From Raoultella sp. (GTDB lineage: Bacteria > Pseudomonadota > Gammaproteobacteria > Enterobacterales > Enterobacteriaceae), in NCBI GenBank assembly GCA_039594335.1, contig JBCNNS010000007.1: 64,000 nucleotides of DNA, one strand, 5' to 3'. Every line of letters starts with the position of its first letter. Within the stretch, counting starts at the first letter, position 1. Below are positions 58,360-64,000 of this stretch, in pieces. The position numbers and the translations under genes are program-made. Below the pieces are notes generated by a model that was given only the letters and a program-made list of their open reading frames with translations, was not told the origin of the DNA and ran no database searches.

Positions 58360-59277
58360 ATGCTGCACCTGCCGCCTCTGAAGCACCTGATCTTTACCGC
58401 TATGCTCGGCCTGCTGGCGCTCGCCCCGGCTCAGGCCCGTGAAAAATTCAAAGTGATTACCACGTTTACCGTGATTGCCGATATGGCGCAAAACGTCGCC
58501 GGAGAGGCGGCCCAGGTCAGCTCGATTACCAAACCCGGCGCCGAGATCCACGAATATCAACCGACGCCCGGTGATATTAAACGCGCCCAGGGGGCACAGC
58601 TGATCCTCAGCAACGGCCTGAACCTCGAACTGTGGTTCGCCCGCTTTTATCAGCATCTTAACGGGGTCCCGGAAGTGGTCGTCAGCGAGGGCATTCAGCC
58701 AATGGGGATCAGCGAAGGCCCCTATAACGGCAAGCCCAACCCCCACGCGTGGATGTCGGCGGATAACGCACTGATCTACGTCGATAATATCCGCAATGCG
58801 CTGATCAAATACGATCCTGATAATGCGGAGACCTATCGTCAGAATGCCGCCGTGTATAAAGAGAAAATCCGCCAGACCATGGCGCCGTTGCAAGCGGAGC
58901 TGGCGAAACTGCCGCAAGAAAAACGTTGGCTGGTCACCAGTGAAGGCGCGTTTTCCTACCTGGCCCGCGATAATGGGCTGAAGGAGCGCTATCTGTGGCC
59001 AATCAATGCCGACCAGCAGGGCACGCCGCAGCAGGTGCGTAAAACCATCGATATCATGAAAAAAGAGCATATCCCGACTCTCTTTAGCGAAAGCACCATT
59101 TCAGATAAACCGGCGCGCCAGGTGGCGCGGGAAGCCGGCGCCCACTATGGCGGCGTGCTTTATGTTGACTCCCTGAGCGCCGCCGATGGCCCGGTTCCGA
59201 CCTATCTGGATCTGCTGCGCGTCACAACGCAAACCATCGTTCAAGGCATCAATGACGGGATGAGGAAACAGCCATGA
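58360..59277 (+). CDS. sitA: Mn/Fe ABC transporter periplasmic binding protein
   Basis: 305 aa TroA-like SBP with a signal peptide, the first of a four-gene sit-type operon. Confidence 0.9.
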   Translation: MLHLPPLKHLIFTAMLGLLALAPAQAREKFKVITTFTVIADMAQNVAGEAAQVSSITKPGAEIHEYQPTPGDIKRAQGAQLILSNGLNLELWFARFYQHLNGVPEVVVSEGIQPMGISEGPYNGKPNPHAWMSADNALIYVDNIRNALIKYDPDNAETYRQNAAVYKEKIRQTMAPLQAELAKLPQEKRWLVTSEGAFSYLARDNGLKERYLWPINADQQGTPQQVRKTIDIMKKEHIPTLFSESTISDKPARQVAREAGAHYGGVLYVDSLSAADGPVPTYLDLLRVTTQTIVQGINDGMRKQP

Positions 59278-60095
59278 GCGCCGATATGTCAGGCCTCTCG
59301 GTCAACCAGGTCAGCGTGACCTATCGCAACGGCCACACCGCGCTGCGCGCGGCCACCTTCAGCGTGCCGCGCGGCTCAATTGCCGCGCTGGTGGGTATCA
59401 ACGGTTCAGGAAAATCGACGCTGTTTAAAGCGCTGATGGGCTTTGTTGGTCTGGCCCATGGCGAAATTGCCATACTCGGCCAGCCGGTTCATCGCGCGCT
59501 GCGCCAGAACCTGGTGGCCTATGTCCCGCAATCAGAGGACGTTGACTGGACCTTTCCGGTATTGGTGGAGGATGTCGTCATGATGGGCCGCTACGGGCAT
59601 ATGGGCTGGCTGCGGCGGGCGACAGTCCATGACCGGGAAGTTGTTGATGCGGCGCTGGCCCGCGTCGGGATGAGCGACTATCGCCATCGGCAAATCGGCG
59701 AGCTGTCCGGCGGGCAGAAAAAACGGGTGTTTCTTGCCCGCGCCATCGCTCAGCAGGGCAAGGTCATTCTGCTGGATGAGCCGTTTACCGGCGTTGACGT
59801 CCAGACCGAAACCCAAATCATCGCCCTGCTGCGCGAGTTGCGCGATGACGGCTGCACTCTACTGGTCTCGACCCACAATCTCGGTTCGGTCAGCGAGTTT
59901 TGCGATTACACGGTGATGGTCAAAGGTACCGTACTGGCCAGCGGTCCGACGACAACGACCTTTACCGCTGCCAATCTCGAACTCGCCTTCAGCGGCGTGC
60001 TGCGCCACGTGGTGCTCAGCGGCGGAGAAGAGCAGATTATCACCGACGATGAACGGCCGTTTATCAGCCGTCGAGCGACAGGGGGTGAAGGATGA
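59274..60095 (+). CDS. sitB: Mn/Fe ABC transporter ATPase
   Basis: 273 aa with Walker [10 protein letters not shown] and the LSGGQKKR signature. Confidence 0.9.
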   Translation: MSADMSGLSVNQVSVTYRNGHTALRAATFSVPRGSIAALVGINGSGKSTLFKALMGFVGLAHGEIAILGQPVHRALRQNLVAYVPQSEDVDWTFPVLVEDVVMMGRYGHMGWLRRATVHDREVVDAALARVGMSDYRHRQIGELSGGQKKRVFLARAIAQQGKVILLDEPFTGVDVQTETQIIALLRELRDDGCTLLVSTHNLGSVSEFCDYTVMVKGTVLASGPTTTTFTAANLELAFSGVLRHVVLSGGEEQIITDDERPFISRRATGGEG

Positions 60096-60943
60096 GCTGG
60101 CTGACAGAGCCGTTCGGCTATCAGTATATGCTGAATGCGATGTGGGTCTCGGCGCTGGTGGGCGGCGTGTGCGCCTTTCTCTCCTGCTACCTGATGCTGA
60201 AAGGCTGGTCGCTGATCGGCGATGCCCTCTCCCACTCCATCGTACCCGGCGTGGCGGGAGCTTATATGCTCGGCCTGCCCTTCGCCGTCGGCGCCTTTCT
60301 CTCCGGAGGGCTGGCGGCGGGTAGCATGCTGTTTCTCAATCAGCGTTCGAAGCTCAAAGAGGATGCCATTATCGGTCTGATTTTTTCGTCGTTTTTCGGC
60401 ATCGGGTTGTTTATGGTGTCGCTCAACCCCACCTCGGTGAATATCCAGACCATTATTCTCGGCAATATCCTGGCGATCGCCCCGGAAGATATTATTCAAC
60501 TGGCGGCCATCGGCTCAATTTCAATGGCGCTTCTGCTGCTGAAATGGAAAGACCTGATGGTGACCTTTTTCGATGAGAACCACGCCCGTTCCATTGGTCT
60601 GAACACCCTCGGACTGAAGCTGCTGTTCTTCACGCTGCTGGCCGCCTGTACCGTGGCGGCATTGCAAACAGTGGGCGCCTTTCTGGTGATTTGTCTGGTG
60701 GTCACACCAGGAGCGACCGCCTGGCTGCTGACTGACCGCTTCCCACGCCTGCTGGCGATTGCCGTCGCGATTGGCAGCCTGACCAGTTTTTTCGGCGCCT
60801 GGCTGAGCTACTATCTGGATGGTGCAACCGGCGGCATTATCGTCGTGGCGCAAACCTTGCTTTTTCTGATGACCTTTGTCTTTGCGCCAAAACACGGCCT
60901 GCTGGCCAACCGCCGCCGCGCCAGGGAGGACTCATGCTGCTGA
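60092..60943 (+). CDS. sitC: Mn/Fe ABC transporter permease
   Basis: 283 aa ABC-3 permease. Confidence 0.9.
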   Translation: MSWLTEPFGYQYMLNAMWVSALVGGVCAFLSCYLMLKGWSLIGDALSHSIVPGVAGAYMLGLPFAVGAFLSGGLAAGSMLFLNQRSKLKEDAIIGLIFSSFFGIGLFMVSLNPTSVNIQTIILGNILAIAPEDIIQLAAIGSISMALLLLKWKDLMVTFFDENHARSIGLNTLGLKLLFFTLLAACTVAALQTVGAFLVICLVVTPGATAWLLTDRFPRLLAIAVAIGSLTSFFGAWLSYYLDGATGGIIVVAQTLLFLMTFVFAPKHGLLANRRRAREDSCC

Positions 60944-61791
60944 CCACGCTTCTCGAACCGTTGCAGTTTTCGTTTATGGTCAACGCCATGCTGGTGGCAA
61001 CGATCGTCGCCATTCCCTGCGCGCTGCTGTCGGTTTTTCTGGTGCTGAAAGGCTGGGCGTTGATGGGCGATGCCATGAGCCATGCGGTCTTTCCCGGCGT
61101 GGTGGCGGCCTATATTATCGGCATTCCGTTCGCCGTTGGCGCCTTTGTTGCCGGACTCTTCTGCGCCATCGCGACCGGCTATCTCGACGATAACAGCCGC
61201 ATCAAACGCGATACCATTATGGGTATTATCTTTTCCGGAATGTTTGGCGCCGGGCTGGTGCTGTATGTCGCCATTCAGTCCGAAGTCCATCTCGACCATA
61301 TTCTGTTTGGCGACATGCTGGGGATTTCCGCCAACGATATTGGGCAAACGTCGGCGATTGCGCTAGTGATTGCACTGATTATCGGACTAAAGTGGCGCGA
61401 TTTTCTACTTCATGCCTTCGATCCGCACCAGGCGAAGGCCAGCGGATTACGCTGTGGCCTGCTGCACTACGGACTGCTGTGCATGATTGCTCTGACCATC
61501 GTGGCAACGCTCAAAGCGGTGGGAATTATTCTGTCAATTTCGCTGTTGATTGCCCCCGGCGCCATTGCTCTGCTGCTGACCCGGCGTTTTATCCACGCGC
61601 TGCTGCTGGCTGTGGGGATTGCCGTAAGCTGTTCGCTGGGCGGCGTATGGTTATCGTTTTACCTTGATAGCGCCCCGGCGCCGACCATCGTCGTGTTGTT
61701 TACCGCGCTGTTTATTATCACATTTGTCTGGACGTCGGTTCGCGACAATCAAACTCAGGCGATGTCCGCAGAGGCTCCGGAGCGCCGCTGA
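60934..61791 (+). CDS. sitD: Mn/Fe ABC transporter permease
   Basis: 285 aa ABC-3 permease, paralogous to sitC. Confidence 0.9.
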   Translation: MLLTTLLEPLQFSFMVNAMLVATIVAIPCALLSVFLVLKGWALMGDAMSHAVFPGVVAAYIIGIPFAVGAFVAGLFCAIATGYLDDNSRIKRDTIMGIIFSGMFGAGLVLYVAIQSEVHLDHILFGDMLGISANDIGQTSAIALVIALIIGLKWRDFLLHAFDPHQAKASGLRCGLLHYGLLCMIALTIVATLKAVGIILSISLLIAPGAIALLLTRRFIHALLLAVGIAVSCSLGGVWLSFYLDSAPAPTIVVLFTALFIITFVWTSVRDNQTQAMSAEAPERR

Positions 61792-61794
61792 CGC

Positions 61795-61859
61795 CTTACC
61801 CGGGCGACGACAGACCGCACGCGTTGAAGCCCGCCTGAGCGCAGCGCTAGCCGGGGAAA
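61795..61859. repeat. REP-type elements
   Basis: GACGCCTTACCCGGGCGAC and GAAGCCCGCCTGAGCGCAGCGCTAGCCGGGGAAA. Confidence 0.55.
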
Positions 61860-62210
61860 TCACCGCGACTTTTTGGGTCGGTATTTTTCCGGAAGTTCTG
61901 GCACGGGTCGCCGGTCATCAATCAGGTGGCGAATCGTCAGAATCGGGTGACGCCAGAGCATTCGCGGCCCCGCCCAACGCATGATCTGCTTCATTTCTTC
62001 GCGTTTTGCCGGCTGGTAGCAGTGGACCGGGCACTGCTTACAGGCCGGCTTCTCTTCACCAAACACGCACGTATCCAGCCGCTTATCGGCATAGGCATTC
62101 AGCGCCTGATAATGTTCCACATCGGCCTGCGCGTCCGGACAGCGGCGCTGATAGAGCAAAATCATGCTGCGGATAGTCTTTTTTTCCCGCTCGATGCGTT
62201 GACCCGCCAT
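61860..62210 (-). CDS. ygbA: Nitrous-oxide-stimulated-promoter family protein YgbA
   Basis: 116 aa, Cys-rich (…CPDAQ…CKQCPVHCY…), with the position and size of E. coli YgbA. Confidence 0.8.
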   Translation of the reverse strand: MAGQRIEREKKTIRSMILLYQRRCPDAQADVEHYQALNAYADKRLDTCVFGEEKPACKQCPVHCYQPAKREEMKQIMRWAGPRMLWRHPILTIRHLIDDRRPVPELPEKYRPKKSR

Positions 62211-62285
62211 TGCGCTTCTCCCTCAATAAAGAGGCAAAAATAATACACCTTTATGGCATCTGACGCAGCCGTTTTCCCCTGCCTC

Positions 62286-62579
62286 TTATACCGGATCAGC
62301 AGGCTTATCAACATGGCCCAGCGACTTCTCCGGGAAGCAGACATCACGTACCCGGCGCTTGAGTTCCGCCGCGTCCGGGAACCCCTCATCCTGCTTGCGG
62401 TCCCAGATTTGTACGTCGTCGACGGTAATGGTGAAGATGCCGCCGGTGCCCGGAACCAGCGTGACCGAGCCGATATCGGTACTGAACGTATGCAGCAGCT
62501 CCTGAGCCATCCAACTGGCGCGCAGCATCCAGTTACATTGGGAGCAGTAGTTGATCGTAATCGCGGCTTTGTGACTCAT
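62286..62579 (-). CDS. SelT/SelW/SelH (Rdx) family thioredoxin-like-fold protein, Cys form
   Basis: MSHKAAITINYCSQCNWMLRASWMAQELL…GGIFTITVDDVQIWDRK…GFPDAAELKRRVRD is the typical Rdx pattern with CxxC. Start trimmed from 62687 to 62579. Confidence 0.82.
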   Translation of the reverse strand: MSHKAAITINYCSQCNWMLRASWMAQELLHTFSTDIGSVTLVPGTGGIFTITVDDVQIWDRKQDEGFPDAAELKRRVRDVCFPEKSLGHVDKPADPV

Positions 62580-62660
62580 GATGTTCTCGCGGTATGTAAA
62601 GGGCCGATTGTAAACAAATTGCAGATTAAATGAGGAATAAATGATTATTTTGTTGCAAAC

Positions 62661-62679
62661 GATAATACCTATCATTACC
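62661..62679. promoter_or_regulatory. Fur-box-like site in the divergent Rdx / TonB-receptor intergenic region
   Basis: GATAATACCTATCATTACC matches 14/19 of the Fur consensus. Confidence 0.4.
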
Positions 62680-62795
62680 ATTCGCAATAAATAATCATGG
62701 AGAAACAGAGTCCGCTAACGGAAGCAACGGGACTCGCCTGCAAATCTGGAAGTAACACGTGAGCCGATACTAATAATTATCAAGGCGTGGCTACT

Positions 62796-64000
62796 ATGTA
62801 TAAATCGACTCAATCACCGGCCTGGTTTAAGACAAGCCTGCTGGTGACTTCGTTGCTTACAGCAATCTATCAGACGACCGCCGGGGCAGCTGATACCACC
62901 GCACACACCACCACCAGCGATACATCATTGGATACCTCCGAACAGATGACCGTCACGGCGCCCGCCCCCGTGCTCAAAGCCGGCAGCGAACATTCAGTCA
63001 GCGCGCAGGAGCTGCAGGACAAAGGGGCCAAAGATTTTGGTTCCGTCATGCGTTACGAACCACTTATCAGCGCGACCGGCGCCAGCGGCGGCTCGGGTAA
63101 CGGCAAAAGCGGCTTCGACCGCGGCGGCTATACCGGTTATAACATTCGCGGGCTGGAAAGCAACCGCGTCGGGATTGATGTTGACGGCATCGCGCAACCG
63201 GATGCGACCGGACGCGGCTACGTCGGCCGTGCCGGTCTGAATACCTTTGGTATCGGTCGCGATTACATCGACCCGTATATGTACGGCAGCGTCGATATTC
63301 AGTCCGGGGCCACCCCGACTGAAACCGCCAACACCTCTATCGGCGGCCGCGTCTCCTTCCAGCCGAAATCCGCCGATGACTATCTGCATCCGGGAAAAAC
63401 CAGCGCCTTCGGCTACCGCAGTGGCTACGACTCTGCCGACCGCAGCTGGCATAACGGCGTGACGGTGGCTGGCGGAGATGAAACCCTGCGCGGCATTTTC
63501 GTCTACAGCCGCCGTGATGGTCAGGAAACCGCAAATAACAGCGATAAAACTGACGCCTATCCGGCCAACTGGCACTCCGATGCCTTTATAGCCTCCGGCA
63601 TCTGGCAGCCGAATGATGACCACAAACTCACCAGCACACTCGACTACTACCATAAGACCAACCATACCCATTTTGACAGCTGGGATAGCAGAGGTAACAG
63701 CATCGTTGGCGATGCCAATCAGACCAGTCAGACTCGCCGTTGGGGCATCAGTCTGAAAGACGACTGGACGCCAATGAATGACTATCTCGACAGCGTGTCG
63801 ACCAAAGTCTACTACCAGCACACCGAGGCCCATGACTGGACCTGGATGCCGGACAGCACCGCCAGGTCAATGGAAACAGTCAACTCCAACTACGATACCG
63901 ACACCTGGGGCATGCAAACTGCGCTGGCGAAATCCATTGGCCGCCACGACCTGAGTGCCGGCCTCAACGCCAGCACCACCAAAACCCAGCGCCCGTTCAG
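62796..64000 (+). CDS. TonB-dependent outer membrane receptor (haem/haemoglobin-receptor-like), 5' part, truncated by the window end
   Basis: The frame is open from the ATG at 62796 to the window end and is not in the ORF track because it has no stop. It has a signal peptide, a TonB box EQMTVTA, and plug motifs NIRGLESNRVGIDVDG…DIQSGAT. Confidence 0.85.
   Translation, partial: MYKSTQSPAWFKTSLLVTSLLTAIYQTTAGAADTTAHTTTSDTSLDTSEQMTVTAPAPVLKAGSEHSVSAQELQDKGAKDFGSVMRYEPLISATGASGGSGNGKSGFDRGGYTGYNIRGLESNRVGIDVDGIAQPDATGRGYVGRAGLNTFGIGRDYIDPYMYGSVDIQSGATPTETANTSIGGRVSFQPKSADDYLHPGKTSAFGYRSGYDSADRSWHNGVTVAGGDETLRGIFVYSRRDGQETANNSDKTDAYPANWHSDAFIASGIWQPNDDHKLTSTLDYYHKTNHTHFDSWDSRGNSIVGDANQTSQTRRWGISLKDDWTPMNDYLDSVSTKVYYQHTEAHDWTWMPDSTARSMETVNSNYDTDTWGMQTALAKSIGRHDLSAGLNASTTKTQRPF

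Noticed and set aside
59906-61347. Minus-strand ORFs of 197 and 178 aa across sitB, sitC and sitD
   Set aside because: They are shadow ORFs antisense to a well-supported ABC operon.
62240-62263. Possible NsrR site upstream of ygbA (minus strand CAGATGCCATAAAGGTGTATTA)
   Set aside because: Only one half-site resembles AAGATGCATTT (about 8/11). The inverted half is poor, so it is not reported as a feature.
62697-62762. 21-codon uORF (MEKQSPLTEATGLACKSGSNT*) in the TonB-receptor leader
   Set aside because: It has no Shine-Dalgarno sequence, no hydrophobic or regulatory-peptide features, and I cannot assess its conservation.
62994-63833. 279-aa ORF on the minus strand
   Set aside because: It is antisense to the open TonB-dependent receptor frame (62796 onward), which has a signal peptide, a TonB box and plug motifs.

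Overview
This is a Klebsiella-like enterobacterial core chromosome segment. It is colinear with the E. coli K-12 region nrdHIEF-proVWX-ygaZH-mprA-emrAB-luxS-micA-gshA-yqaAB-argQZYV/serV-csrA-alaS-recX-recA-pncC-mltB-srlAEBD-gutM-srlR-gutQ-hypF-hydN-ascGFB-hycIHGFEDCBA-hypABCDE-fhlA-ygbA. Gene calls rest on recalled E. coli protein sequences matched against the supplied ORF translations, and several ORF-track starts were trimmed to the conserved start. Lineage-specific differences from K-12:
(1) An orphan long-form (actinobacterial-type) 2-isopropylmalate-synthase-like gene plus an AraC regulator lies between emrB and luxS.
(2) A BON-domain lipoprotein gene lies next to the tRNA array.
(3) A TroA/ZnuA-type metal ABC transporter with a Zur-like box lies between pncC and mltB.
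(4) norR-norV-norW are absent. About 45 codons of norW remain directly after gutQ, and a HoxN/NixA-type nickel transporter gene is start/stop-overlapped with hypF.
(5) A frameshifted two-TOBE (Mop/ModG-like) pseudogene follows fhlA.
(6) sitABCD is present with Fur and MntR boxes.
(7) A SelW/Rdx-like protein sits back to back with a Fur-box TonB-dependent receptor that is cut off at the window end.
I found no CRISPR array, rRNA, IS element, transposase, integrase or recognisable defence or toxin-antitoxin module. I see no convincing undescribed multi-gene system. The findings below are modest: deletion scars, operon rewiring, structured intergenic elements and a candidate micro-ORF. Long ORFs antisense to real genes are treated as GC-driven shadow ORFs.
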